Shown: positions 48,501 to 57,900 of the stretch, in pieces
How positions within the stretch are numbered: position 1 is the stretch's first letter
How the letters are laid out: each line of letters starts with the position of its first letter
NCBI GenBank assembly: GCA_014728035.1
Contig: WJMJ01000078.1
Location: forward strand, 145,036 to 209,035
DNA from: Promethearchaeota archaeon
GTDB lineage: Archaea; Asgardarchaeota; Thorarchaeia; Thorarchaeales; Thorarchaeaceae
Reading direction: 5' to 3'
DNA: 64,000 bases
Notes under the pieces: model-generated
The model's input: the letters and a program-made list of their open reading frames with translations, nothing else
The model's database searches: none
Told to the model about the DNA's origin: nothing
Position numbers and translations under genes: made by a program

Positions 48501-50618
48501 CGAGTCCCAATCTTTGTCAATACTAAGAATCTGAAGATTTTTCCAGCTCTCCCTTAATGAGCCAACAGGTACTTTAGATACGTTACCGTCTTGATTGCAA
48601 ACGATTACTTGTTCTTCATAGGGCAGACATGCGTTAACATACACTTTTAGTGCCTTTTCAACCACTTTATACCAATTTCGTATCTTTGAGTCGAGAGTTG
48701 AATCTTTGCTTTTAGATTTGAACCAATTGACACGAGTATCTCTGAAGAAACCAATTGTTTGACTGATCATCCCAGTTCGTTCTCTGCACACCCAATGATT
48801 AGTTTCAGGTACTCGATTGTCATCACGGTTCTTGCATGACTCATGAGAACAGTCAACTGTTTCATAGCTGATATTGTGACGCTTCATGATGGTAGGATAC
48901 AGACTTGCAAAGTCAAGCACTGTAGCATTGAAGTGTACACCAGCAATAGGTTCGATGACAATAGCTCCTTTGAACCGTTTATCTTTAATCATGGCCTCCG
49001 TCTGAGCCTCAGTAGCTTTCACACTCTCTATATCCTGCTGGCGAGGGATAAGATAATCATTAGATCGATGGACTTGACGAAATAGTGATTGAATCCAAGA
49101 AGATATGCCGAAACGAGTGACATCTTCCATAGAAAGACGAGATATACGCATAAGAAGAATGATTAAGCGAAGAACTAGATTCTCGTCATACTGAGTTATT
49201 TGTAGTGTGATATTTGCATCAAGCCAACAATAGTGTGCAAGTTCATAATAGGGGAGTTTTGATATCTCCGTACTAAGTTCAAGCTTTCCGATATCTAGTA
49301 GTCCTTTCGCAATGCTGTCAAGATTGTTTTGCTCGTACGCACCTGAAAGCGCATAGAGTCGAATCGATGGGTTTTTCAAAAACCGATAAAGATCTATATG
49401 AATACCTCTCTGAAGGAGAGCAATATCACGACCCAAATAGATGGGACAATGCTTCCTCATGTTGATTTTTAGACGTTCAGCACGATGATAGAGATAGTTA
49501 AGGTCGAAAGCATCACCAACAAAAGTCAACACAACAGGATAATTGTCGATGATACGAAAGGTTTCAAGAAGCATTTGCTTCTCACTCTCAAATACTTCTG
49601 GCTCAAGATTATCAGGATAGTTAGGGCCTTTTTCACCCAGAGAAATATTATCCCGCTTCAAGATGAAGCATTTATTCAAGCCTTCATTATCTGACAAACC
49701 AATTGCAGTCACTTCATAAGGAGCAGTACTCGCATCAGGAACTCTATTTTCATGTGGAGTATATACTTCAATATCCAAAGCAATCCGACGGATATCAGGG
49801 ACTTCTGTGAAGAACATGGGGGCATAGGTGTCAAGGATGTCCTTGAACATCTCCTCCCCTGCAAACATTGATTTGAATTTCTTAAGTATATCAGAATCAA
49901 CTTCAGGGGGTGACGGAGTCAATTTACCCGAGTCTATCGTGTATGGTAATCCGGGTACTAAATCGCAGTCATATGAATAACAGTTCCGATATCGAATGTT
50001 TGCCTCCCATGCATGACTGATTACTGTTCCGTCGGGTGCATTGTCAACGAGCATCTCACGAATTGATCCAGCATGCCCACCAATACTCAACGGGTCTTCT
50101 GCAATCACTTTCGTCATTTGCTTTTCTTCATCACGAAGTAGATCAGTTACCGTTACCGATCGGGTGCGATATGGTCCTCGAAATCCCTGAAGTTTATAGT
50201 CAACCACTTGACTCGGATAATCAGTGTAACAATATGGTTGGTGACCTGTATTATCGAACCAAAAATACAATTTTTTTGTTGAGGGGTCGTAAAGACGGGC
50301 AAAAGCTTTCTTTTCAGGTCCAGCATAATCAACCGATAATAGAATCGAGGGGGGGAGATTTTGTGGTGTATCGCGATTTCCAATTGTGAAGTCTAAACTT
50401 GTTTCATCAAATTCCATTTCTTGAAGTGTTTCTTCGTCCTCTTCGTCAAGAATTACAACAGTTGTCTTCGCTTTCTTCCGTTTTTCTTCAGCAGATGGTT
50501 TATGCTCTTCAACCCTTTTCTTCTTTGAGTCAAGTGAGGGCCCTTTCAAATCGGTTTCGAAAAAGGTGTCAAGAGTTGCTTGAGAATCATCGGGTTCTTT
50601 ATCTTTTGCCAAATCCAC
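45525..50618 (-). CDS. polB: Family B DNA polymerase (PolB1-like) with two inteins; about 933 aa after splicing
   Basis: Exo DIEV, FD..YL, YC..DA; pol DFASLYP, K.YVNA|SYG, YGD|TDS, KKNY; C-terminal TTLDQFF. Confidence 0.95.
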   Translation of the reverse strand: MDLAKDKEPDDSQATLDTFFETDLKGPSLDSKKKRVEEHKPSAEEKRKKAKTTVVILDEEDEETLQEMEFDETSLDFTIGNRDTPQNLPPSILLSVDYAGPEKKAFARLYDPSTKKLYFWFDNTGHQPYCYTDYPSQVVDYKLQGFRGPYRTRSVTVTDLLRDEEKQMTKVIAEDPLSIGGHAGSIREMLVDNAPDGTVISHAWEANIRYRNCYSYDCDLVPGLPYTIDSGKLTPSPPEVDSDILKKFKSMFAGEEMFKDILDTYAPMFFTEVPDIRRIALDIEVYTPHENRVPDASTAPYEVTAIGLSDNEGLNKCFILKRDNISLGEKGPNYPDNLEPEVFESEKQMLLETFRIIDNYPVVLTFVGDAFDLNYLYHRAERLKINMRKHCPIYLGRDIALLQRGIHIDLYRFLKNPSIRLYALSGAYEQNNLDSIAKGLLDIGKLELSTEISKLPYYELAHYCWLDANITLQITQYDENLVLRLIILLMRISRLSMEDVTRFGISSWIQSLFRQVHRSNDYLIPRQQDIESVKATEAQTEAMIKDKRFKGAIVIEPIAGVHFNATVLDFASLYPTIMKRHNISYETVDCSHESCKNRDDNRVPETNHWVCRERTGMISQTIGFFRDTRVNWFKSKSKDSTLDSKIRNWYKVVEKALKVYVNACLPYEEQVIVCNQDGNVSKVPVGSLRESWKNLQILSIDKDWDSPTFGKSVFVPIKGFRRSGKSKILTIRLRDGRTIRCTPNHVIPKLSSKRIRKKQECITKESLKLSYVAAEDLRNNDEILIHTKIPLTSNPPEKLFVPDFIETDTLFVGIKKQDYCKYSSQKTQYCDQTIIKVIDNEFEYSEENKWYSAKWDSLSDYAKETLSADTSKSIPLYGKLIINQEMWEEADEWHYLQIDLNDDFFKLLGWYLSEESIGVNHVSISQYSEVNPACIRGSGPLLTRMEPPFAIYHEKDYASYSKVLVTLLKSICGSRSENKRIPFELLDSQRAQILLDTFSKADGNFNDFRARRYSTSSQSLASDLLVLIGSLGVNASIHNEENMFVVVERKESKSTNPNLASVDFHGTFPVRIRSIEMSSHEVETFDLETENGLFVATHGIVVHNSYGVTGAQHFELFCMPAAESVTAYGRDAIVKTKQKAESMGVRVLYGDSVLPNTPVMIKRDGVLQVVPIEDLHWSKSNTNARREIKEDIEVWTEEGWSRVVYSYRHKVKKKGFRILTDKGYVETTEDHSLVVGGKEVSPKNLSVGDEIERYEPCLDGQNVVNLDLAWILGFYAADGTSGRYGEGVKRKKSWRIANQDRTLLEKGQNILWQFGFPSAIIDASDGMSYLTAKCDFERIITFFECCHSKHSREKIVPSFILDACKESQESFLKGYLAGDGHETQGGSISFGSIDFSLLQGLTMILTRLDYDYYLSTRPDKTNFIRVRIRKSNPRKRTPLRIIAIEEFDIDGFVHDLETANHHFCGGLGGILLHNTDSVFLDAPTKEQQAELIEWSRTVLGIDLEVEKTYKYVALSDRKKNYIGVYQSGYVEVKGLSGKKRNTPDFVQDAFRDMLEILSEVDSPTGFETAKEYIREVVNAVLDRLEGKTEPYSPSDLAFRVQMTKDVSQYGKVKPQHVKAAMMLEEAGYPVPAGTIIEYIKTKDNEGVLPVQMAEQKAYWLDKDKYMDTLKSVFGQVLESVGIDFEELLGFTTLDQFF
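46197..47165 (-). mobile_element. Intein 2 (323 aa) with LAGLIDADG endonuclease at the pol-c site
   Basis: YGD|SVLPNTP, TTEDHSL, LGFYAADG, FLKGYLAGDG, ends LLHN|TDS. Confidence 0.94.
47307..48629 (-). mobile_element. Intein 1 (441 aa) with apparently degenerate LAGLIDADG endonuclease
   Basis: Starts CLPYEE, block B CTPNH, ends VVHN|S; LAGLIDADG-like LLGWYLSEE and LLDTFSKADG. Confidence 0.93.
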
Positions 50619-50708
50619 TCACAAATTGTAGTAATAGAAAACTCTTGATAAGCACTTCCCAAAATACATAATCTGATACGATTCACTTACAGGTATTGTG
50701 GTGTAAAT

Positions 50709-51140
50709 ATGGTCAAATCTATTATTACAAAACCGAAACGCATTATTGTTGCCAGATTAAGCCCAGGAGAAGATGTACTTGATACAGTTACCAAACTTGC
50801 GGTGGAAAATGAAGTTACTTCAGGTCAACTCACACTGATAGGGGCTGTTGGAAGTGCTCATTTGGGATATTTTGACACAGAAGATAAAACCTACAAATCA
50901 TTTCAACTGGACGAAGATCTTGAAGTGGTTTCCTGCATGGGGAACATTGCAAATCATCCAGAAGGTATCATAATCCATGCACATATGATAGTTGCAAATG
51001 AAGATGGAAAATGTTATGGAGGACATCTCATGACAGGAACTAAAGTTTCAGTCACAATTGAAGTAATCATCATTGAAACCGAAGACACATTTTCTCGTGC
51101 GAAAGATGCCCAAACTGGTTTGAACTTATTGAACCTATAG
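50709..51140 (+). CDS. PPC/DUF296 domain protein
   Basis: RL.PGED, IGAV, GNI, HAH, GGHL, T.EV. Confidence 0.92.
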   Translation: MVKSIITKPKRIIVARLSPGEDVLDTVTKLAVENEVTSGQLTLIGAVGSAHLGYFDTEDKTYKSFQLDEDLEVVSCMGNIANHPEGIIIHAHMIVANEDGKCYGGHLMTGTKVSVTIEVIIIETEDTFSRAKDAQTGLNLLNL

Positions 51141-51147
51141 CTAAGAA

Positions 51148-51579
51148 CTAGATTGCTTCAGTTATTTTTGAAGCAATCTTTTTCAGGTCTTCTTGACTTG
51201 CCATTTTTTCTCGATAACCATCAGGAAAACGAAATCCAAACTCATCCCCTTTATTTCTAGGAATTACATGAAAGTGCAGATGAGGAATTTCCTGTCCAGC
51301 ACCAGGCCCATTTGCAACTGTATTTAGAACTCCATCAGGCTTAAAGGCACGATTCACCATTCTTGTCAAGTCTGCTAGACGTTTGGAGAGATGAGCTAGA
51401 ACATCCTTATCAACATCAAACATGTTTGCATAATGGTCTTTGGGAATTAGTAGACAGTGACCTTCACTGACAGGGTAAATATCCATAAACGCCAAAACCT
51501 TATCGTCTTCAAACACTTTAGTTGAGGGAATTTCTCCCTGAATAATCTTACAAAACAAGCATTCTTCATTATTTGTCAT
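51148..51579 (-). CDS. HIT family hydrolase
   Basis: CLFCKII, GH.LLIPK.H, AGQEIPHLHFHVIPR; start set at MTNNEE. Confidence 0.94.
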   Translation of the reverse strand: MTNNEECLFCKIIQGEIPSTKVFEDDKVLAFMDIYPVSEGHCLLIPKDHYANMFDVDKDVLAHLSKRLADLTRMVNRAFKPDGVLNTVANGPGAGQEIPHLHFHVIPRNKGDEFGFRFPDGYREKMASQEDLKKIASKITEAI

Positions 51580-51685
51580 ATGAAGGAGATGGAAAATCAA
51601 GAAAATAAACAATTCGAGAGAGCCATAATGCTCTTTAGAGAACTTCACATTAAGGAAAACAGGCAAACACAGCAGGTGATTATCT

Positions 51686-52858
51686 ATGAGCGGTAGAAGA
51701 CGCTTGATATACTTTGACACCACACAAAACGAACGTGGCAGACTTGATACTACATACTCTGAACTCGGAACAATTCTTCGAGATAATGACTTTGACGTAG
51801 AACCTTATACAGAATTCATGATACTTGCGAAAAAAATTGAAGAAGCAGATGTTGTTGTTTTTGGGTGTCCTAATAGCTCGAAGCTGAGACCTGCTGAAAT
51901 TGACGCTCTTAAGAAATTTGTACAAAATGGAGGTGGACTCATGCTTCTATCTCTATCAGGAGGAGATAGGGGACTAATGAATAACATGAGTCAGATTTCA
52001 AAGGAATATGGGATCACCTTTGAGAATACAGCAATCAAAGATGAGAGAAATAATGCTGGTATTCCCACTATGCCTATCATTAGAGATATTGAACCACATA
52101 TACTTACAGAAGATGTCCAGGAGATCATCTACCCTTCAGGGTGTAGCCTAAGTGTTTCTGAAAAAGCCAAGGTCATTGCAAGGACCTCAGATATGGCGGA
52201 ACCATCTGCAGCACCAATCATTGCTGCCGTGGAGAAAGGTAAAGGAAGAGTTCTTTGTATTGGAAGCTATGAGGTGTTTAGGAGAGGTGGCGGCCTAAAG
52301 AACGAAGGAAACCAAACTTTCGCCCTGAATGCATTTCGGTGGTTAGCAGGAGAAACCAAGCTTGCAAAACCAAGCAAAGTGGCAGCGTCACAATCAGATA
52401 CTGAAGAAAAGGAGCCAACACATGTACCTGCTATGTCAGAAGAAGTAGAGAAAACCCTACGACGCCTTGTAAATGCGGTATTTGACCTTCAAAAAGACAT
52501 TGCAAAAGCGACTGAAAAAATCGATAAAGTAGAATCCAATATAGAAATGCTAAGAGATCAATTTCAAGATTTTGCAGAAAAGACGCAAAAACAATTAGGA
52601 ATAATAATCCCATCTAAGCAATTTAAAACTGTAGAGGAAAAAGAAGTAGCAGACCTTGAATCAGATATCAAATCACTTGAAAGAGAAATTAGATCTGTAA
52701 AACAGCTACGAGACCATGTTGAAGAACGTCACTCTTCTGGAGCTATGAAACGGGATGTTTACGAAGAACAAGTAGAGAAGCTCAATGCGCGAATCGAAAA
52801 TCTACAGAAAAGATTAGATTCGAAACAGAAGAGTTTAGAAGAATTCGCAGAAGAATAA
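51686..52858 (+). CDS. GIFT/IFT52-like (DUF4350, GATase-like) domain plus long coiled coil
   Basis: IYFD...E, EIDALKKFVQNGG.L, YGITF, YPSGCSL, GKGRV..IGS..F, N......F.WL; heptad-rich C-half. Confidence 0.7.
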   Translation: MSGRRRLIYFDTTQNERGRLDTTYSELGTILRDNDFDVEPYTEFMILAKKIEEADVVVFGCPNSSKLRPAEIDALKKFVQNGGGLMLLSLSGGDRGLMNNMSQISKEYGITFENTAIKDERNNAGIPTMPIIRDIEPHILTEDVQEIIYPSGCSLSVSEKAKVIARTSDMAEPSAAPIIAAVEKGKGRVLCIGSYEVFRRGGGLKNEGNQTFALNAFRWLAGETKLAKPSKVAASQSDTEEKEPTHVPAMSEEVEKTLRRLVNAVFDLQKDIAKATEKIDKVESNIEMLRDQFQDFAEKTQKQLGIIIPSKQFKTVEEKEVADLESDIKSLEREIRSVKQLRDHVEERHSSGAMKRDVYEEQVEKLNARIENLQKRLDSKQKSLEEFAEE

Positions 52859-54445
52859 TCATCTCGATTCTTCGAAACGCTCAGGATATATTGCATATTC
52901 AACTCTTCGCTTAACAACCACAAATCCTTGGAAATAAGATTCGGTCCTGTTTCTTAACTGTTTAATCACCCACCTGATTGGAGCTGTAAGAGTTCTCCAG
53001 AAGAGACCTACTTTTTGCCCCATAGCATATCCGAGAGATATTAAGATAATTCCGAAGAGGTATATTTCTCGGGGAGGTATTAGAATGACTAAGCTTAGAG
53101 CGAGTGGCAACCAAAGCATGGAAAACGAGAATGAAACATGTTCATCTTTACTTGTCACCATCTTTGATGAGGAGAAAATTGAGAAGAATGGTGCCATTAG
53201 AACAAAATAGTATTTGAATACACCACGGGGTCCGGTCAAATAAACCCACATCATAAGAAGGAATGTAAGAAATAGTAAACGTCTGAGATATACCTTGATT
53301 TCAGAGTTATCTCGTGGTTCTAGTAACATGACCCCTGCAAATAAGATAACTCCAAAATAGAGTAAGAAGCCATAACTCACGATATTATTCATTATTTCTG
53401 CTACTAGAGGTAATCCAGCCATAACAGGAAGATAAGGTAACGTAATTGGAGTACCATAACCAGGGGGATCAGTATATGGTGGTTCTAATGGAAAGCCCCC
53501 CATTGCTAAACGCCAATGGTCGAACATATGTGGTTGAGATATCAAAAACGGAAACAATATTGCTGCAGCAAAAACTAGTACTATAATTGTGTATTTTAGA
53601 AAACCAGAAATATCAATTGTGGCATTTATTCGATCAATTATCGTCGCAGAAGGCTCCTCCTCTTCTTCTTCGTCTTCTATCTCTGTTTCAGGTTGGTCTA
53701 TTTCTTTATGTGATTCGGATTTCCCACGAATGAGAAGGTAGGTAACAAGTGGAAATGCAAAAAACCATGCAGTTTGTTTGAAAAGGGCTGAAACCACGAT
53801 CAGCAAGACTCCAGTTAGCTTGTTTCCACGGACAAGCATATAGAAGCCCATAAAAAAGAAAAACACAAATGGAGCAGGGTTCATCCAAAGAAAAATCGAG
53901 TGATAAAGTACACAAGGACTTAGTAGATAGGTAAGAGCAGCTGCCTCCCCCACATATCGATTATTGGATAATTCCCGTCCGAGACCGTAAACAGGAAAAA
54001 CGGTGAGATATGAGAAGGCTGCTAGAAGGAATCCAATTCCCCAGTTATCAACAGGAAGCATGATTCCAATTGCGTAAAAAATAGCTGTAAGTGGCGGGAA
54101 AATATACAGACCATTCTCGTTTACATACCATCCAATCTCACGATATCCAAAGTCGGATGTGTAAGGCATAACTCCATCAAGCATATTCTGGCCCCAGTGA
54201 ACATAATAGAAGCTATAATCAGAGTAGCCTTCGAATTGGTACGTAAGTGTGTAATCAAATAATGATATCTCTCCATTTCCCAACCAGACATATCTAAATA
54301 TCCATAGAGACCTTTCCAGATATTGTTCAACAGCTTCTAGAAATACAATTCGATATATTACAACCCCGATTGCTAATATAACAATAAATGTCCCATATTC
54401 GATGATGAAACGAATAACATATCGAAGATATCTGGAAAGTGCCAT
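52859..54445 (-). CDS. GT-C fold membrane glycosyltransferase-like protein (GT87/PIG-M-like)
   Basis: YSDY, PY, YIFPPLT, LFKQ; many TM helices. Confidence 0.65.
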   Translation of the reverse strand: MALSRYLRYVIRFIIEYGTFIVILAIGVVIYRIVFLEAVEQYLERSLWIFRYVWLGNGEISLFDYTLTYQFEGYSDYSFYYVHWGQNMLDGVMPYTSDFGYREIGWYVNENGLYIFPPLTAIFYAIGIMLPVDNWGIGFLLAAFSYLTVFPVYGLGRELSNNRYVGEAAALTYLLSPCVLYHSIFLWMNPAPFVFFFFMGFYMLVRGNKLTGVLLIVVSALFKQTAWFFAFPLVTYLLIRGKSESHKEIDQPETEIEDEEEEEEPSATIIDRINATIDISGFLKYTIIVLVFAAAILFPFLISQPHMFDHWRLAMGGFPLEPPYTDPPGYGTPITLPYLPVMAGLPLVAEIMNNIVSYGFLLYFGVILFAGVMLLEPRDNSEIKVYLRRLLFLTFLLMMWVYLTGPRGVFKYYFVLMAPFFSIFSSSKMVTSKDEHVSFSFSMLWLPLALSLVILIPPREIYLFGIILISLGYAMGQKVGLFWRTLTAPIRWVIKQLRNRTESYFQGFVVVKRRVEYAIYPERFEESR

Positions 54446-54477
54446 ATCATTTTGGAAGTGGACTATTGATTAATACT

Positions 54478-56571
54478 TTATGCGTCACCACGATTAAGAA
54501 TTGCTGTACTACCCGATCCAGATTTTCTGATTTCGATTGTAGGTACGCCACTCCAATCTTGCACATCAGTGTGAGTGATTAAGAGAATTTGATCGAAGCT
54601 TTGATCGTTTTCCAAGCTAGACACTACTGAATGGCGTCTGTCTTTATCGAGTCCACCAAGGGGTTCATCCAACATAACACACCTAACTCGAGGAGATACT
54701 GCAGGACTCTCTTTTAACGGACGAATTCTACTCATTGTTTTACTGATTCCGAGTCGTAATCCAAGACTTACTGCAGTACGATCACCATAACTTAGCTGCA
54801 ATGTTTTCTTGCTTGCTTTATCGCGTTCATCCCAAATCTTCAAAGCAAGACCCGCCCCAGACCGACCAGTTGCAGGTGTTGAATCTAAATCAATACTGGT
54901 ATATTGGTCATTCGTGAAAGCACGAACATACGGGTTTGTGGCCCCTCGGATAATACCAATCAGTCTCTTTTGGACCGCATAGTCGGCAATGAACCCATTA
55001 ACTAACTTTCTTCTGACATATTTTGTATGTGCTAGAAGTTGTTTCAATGATTCAATCTCAGCGCCAAGTTTCTCCATACGAATGATTTCTTCTTTCAGTT
55101 CTTCAATTCTAGAATATTCCTGTTCGATATTTTCACTGATTGAGTCACAATCATCCTTGGCTGATTTCAATGTAGTACTTAGTACAGCAATTTTTTGATC
55201 CAAATCGGATATGCTCTTAGCTCCATGCTTTTCAAGTAGAGCCTCGACACTTTCTATACCTAATTTTTTGCATAATTCCGAGAATTCCTTTCTCGTTGCT
55301 TCTAGTTTATCTTTCAATCCTTCTATTTCTTCATCTTGCTGCTTAACCCTACTTACAGCATCGAGTGCTTTATTTGATACACGAAGGCGCTGGTCAATAT
55401 CTTGAATCTCAGACTTGATTTCAGTTCTTTCTTCATTAAGCCCCTTGATCTTCTCAATACCTACTTCGATTGTTTCCGAGTATTCCCTCACAATTCTAGT
55501 TCTTTCCTCAGGAGAGAGGGGATTGGAACAAGTAGGACACTCTGTAGATTCAGGATTAGTCTTAGCAGCTTCCCTAAGTGTTCTAATTTTCCGTTTAAGG
55601 TCGCTTTCCTTACCTTTAACAGCACCAATCTCAAAATCTATTTCTGAAAGTTTCTTCTGTTTCTCTTCTTTTTCATCTTCATCTTTCTTGATGCGTTTTT
55701 CAAGAGACCGTAGCCGAGCATCGATTACTTTAGAGTCCGCATCGGGAATTCCCGCAGATTCTAAATCTTTGTTCCGTCTTTGTTTACTCTGTTCGTAATC
55801 ACGTTCCAATCGATCTATCTTTTTAACTACCTCAGATACAGAAGACAAATCCGAAGATTTGGGCAAGGATTTGAGAAGCTTCTCAGTCTTCTTTATTTCT
55901 GCAGTACGTTCTTTTAGACGTTCTTGAGATTTCTTTACTCGTGATGTGGCTAGGTCGATTTCCTTCTCGATTCGTTCTGGATTTGTATAATCAGATTCCA
56001 ACGCTTTGATTCGGATGTCCAAATCCTTCTCTAATCCAGATAGTTGACCGGTCATCTGGTCTAATAATTCAATATTGTAGACCTTCACAATGAGATTTCT
56101 TAAAGTGGTTGGGGTGGCATTAGCAATCTCCGCAACTTCACCTTGATTGACCATCAAAGTACTCTCAGCTTGTTTTCGATCAATATTGAGGATGTCTTCC
56201 ATTGTATCGGAAACTGTTTGACTCTTATCTGCAATTCTTTTCCATGAGTTTTTCTTACGAATATATAGTACAACAGACATCCCATTAGCTGGGTCATACG
56301 AACGGTCAATCTTGTACCGATTTCCTGCAACCTCAAAGATAAGGATAACCTTACAAAACGAAGAAGAGAAGCTAATGAGTTCTTCATTCTTGAGCTGAAC
56401 TGCACTAGAACCCCATAGTGCCCAAAGAATCGCTTCAAATAATGAAGACTTTCCAGTTGAATTTGGGCCTTTAATGATAACCAGTCCATCAGGAAGATAA
56501 CTTCCATCATCAGGTAATCGAAGACTTCTAAACGGTTTGAAGTTCTGAATCTCGACACTTAGAATCTTCAC
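54478..56571 (-). CDS. rad50: Rad50 ATPase
   Basis: IQNFK, GPNSTGKSS, QGE, Zn hook CPTC, LSYGD, LDEP, ITH. Confidence 0.92.
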   Translation of the reverse strand: MKILSVEIQNFKPFRSLRLPDDGSYLPDGLVIIKGPNSTGKSSLFEAILWALWGSSAVQLKNEELISFSSSFCKVILIFEVAGNRYKIDRSYDPANGMSVVLYIRKKNSWKRIADKSQTVSDTMEDILNIDRKQAESTLMVNQGEVAEIANATPTTLRNLIVKVYNIELLDQMTGQLSGLEKDLDIRIKALESDYTNPERIEKEIDLATSRVKKSQERLKERTAEIKKTEKLLKSLPKSSDLSSVSEVVKKIDRLERDYEQSKQRRNKDLESAGIPDADSKVIDARLRSLEKRIKKDEDEKEEKQKKLSEIDFEIGAVKGKESDLKRKIRTLREAAKTNPESTECPTCSNPLSPEERTRIVREYSETIEVGIEKIKGLNEERTEIKSEIQDIDQRLRVSNKALDAVSRVKQQDEEIEGLKDKLEATRKEFSELCKKLGIESVEALLEKHGAKSISDLDQKIAVLSTTLKSAKDDCDSISENIEQEYSRIEELKEEIIRMEKLGAEIESLKQLLAHTKYVRRKLVNGFIADYAVQKRLIGIIRGATNPYVRAFTNDQYTSIDLDSTPATGRSGAGLALKIWDERDKASKKTLQLSYGDRTAVSLGLRLGISKTMSRIRPLKESPAVSPRVRCVMLDEPLGGLDKDRRHSVVSSLENDQSFDQILLITHTDVQDWSGVPTIEIRKSGSGSTAILNRGDA

Positions 56572-56574
56572 ATT

Positions 56575-57900
56575 TTATTCCTCCTCGGGTAGTGTATCAA
56601 GCGTAAGACGCTCATCGCTCTGACCTGCAGCAATCTTCAATGCTCGTACTGCAATTTTCGTCAGCTCTGTCGGGTCGAATTTCTCATCAATTTCAAGTGT
56701 TTCGAGATATGCACGAAAGTCAGCCTCGGGGTCTTCAATGAGATATTCAGATTCTATCTCTGGATATGCAGGTGACACGAATTCCGTATCACTCTGTTTG
56801 ATTGACCAGACGAGTTGTACAAGATTATATTCCGAATCAGATGCTAGAAGATTAAGCCTCAATGACTCCATAGCCATTCCTAGATCAAGACTACCAAAAC
56901 GAGGAGATTCGCCTTCAAAAACGATACGAACTCTTGCAGCTGTTTTACTGTTCCACTCAGTCTTAACACCTGCTTTTTTCAATAGTGCTTTTATCTTTTC
57001 AATAACGGTATCAACGGTATCATCTGATTCAATCTTAATTCGCTCGTTCAGAACAAGTCGCCTAAAAGTAAGTGTTTTGGGGACCACAATAGGTTCTTTT
57101 CCAGATTCAATCTCAACGAGCAAATATCCTTTCTCATGCTTTACTTCATCAAACCTCCAACGCTCAGGGCATCCTGCATACCATGCCTTCTTGGAATAAG
57201 AATGCTGTTTATGGTCATGACCAAGAGCAATGTAATCATAATCCATACTAAACATTGATGGAAAGAGGGTCCTATCAAGGTCCATCCCATGAGCAACAGC
57301 TACAGATGGACGATTATTGTCTGGTCGTTGATGAGTAGTAATCCAATCATTGAATTCAGCTAACAAGTCGGATGACTCAAGAACGTTGTATTCAACGAAA
57401 GGAAAACAGAATACATCCAAATTATCATAAGAATATTTCAGGGGTTCTTCGTTAGCTAATGCACGCTTGAAGTCGTCTTGGGTTGCCACATCAAGACCTG
57501 GAACAGACATCTCTAACGTGTCAAGTAGGGAAACATTAAGCGAACGCCAAATACCGTGATTACCTTCTAGAATCAAGACTGGAATATTGGTCTTTTCTAT
57601 GAATTCTTTAATTACTCGAATCACAGTCTGTTCCGCCATCGCAGGAGGATGAGTTGGATTATTCTCCCAAGGAGAATTGTAGAGGTCTCCAGAATGAATA
57701 ACTGCATCGACAGGAGGGTCTTCTTTTGCAATCAACTGGAACAATTCTTCAAACCGTTCATAGAAATCATGTTCAAGCAGTCGCGAACGCATCTCTATAC
57801 CCCATACATTGTGCTTGACACCTTGCCTGAATTTGGTTCCAAGATGTGTATCGGATATGTGGACGATTCGTGCAGTCACATTCATAACCTCACAGTTCAT
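56575..57900 (-). CDS. mre11: Mre11 nuclease
   Basis: HISDTHLG, SGDLY, GNHG, AHG, ALGHDH, YAG.PE. Confidence 0.9.
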   Translation of the reverse strand: MNCEVMNVTARIVHISDTHLGTKFRQGVKHNVWGIEMRSRLLEHDFYERFEELFQLIAKEDPPVDAVIHSGDLYNSPWENNPTHPPAMAEQTVIRVIKEFIEKTNIPVLILEGNHGIWRSLNVSLLDTLEMSVPGLDVATQDDFKRALANEEPLKYSYDNLDVFCFPFVEYNVLESSDLLAEFNDWITTHQRPDNNRPSVAVAHGMDLDRTLFPSMFSMDYDYIALGHDHKQHSYSKKAWYAGCPERWRFDEVKHEKGYLLVEIESGKEPIVVPKTLTFRRLVLNERIKIESDDTVDTVIEKIKALLKKAGVKTEWNSKTAARVRIVFEGESPRFGSLDLGMAMESLRLNLLASDSEYNLVQLVWSIKQSDTEFVSPAYPEIESEYLIEDPEADFRAYLETLEIDEKFDPTELTKIAVRALKIAAGQSDERLTLDTLPEEE

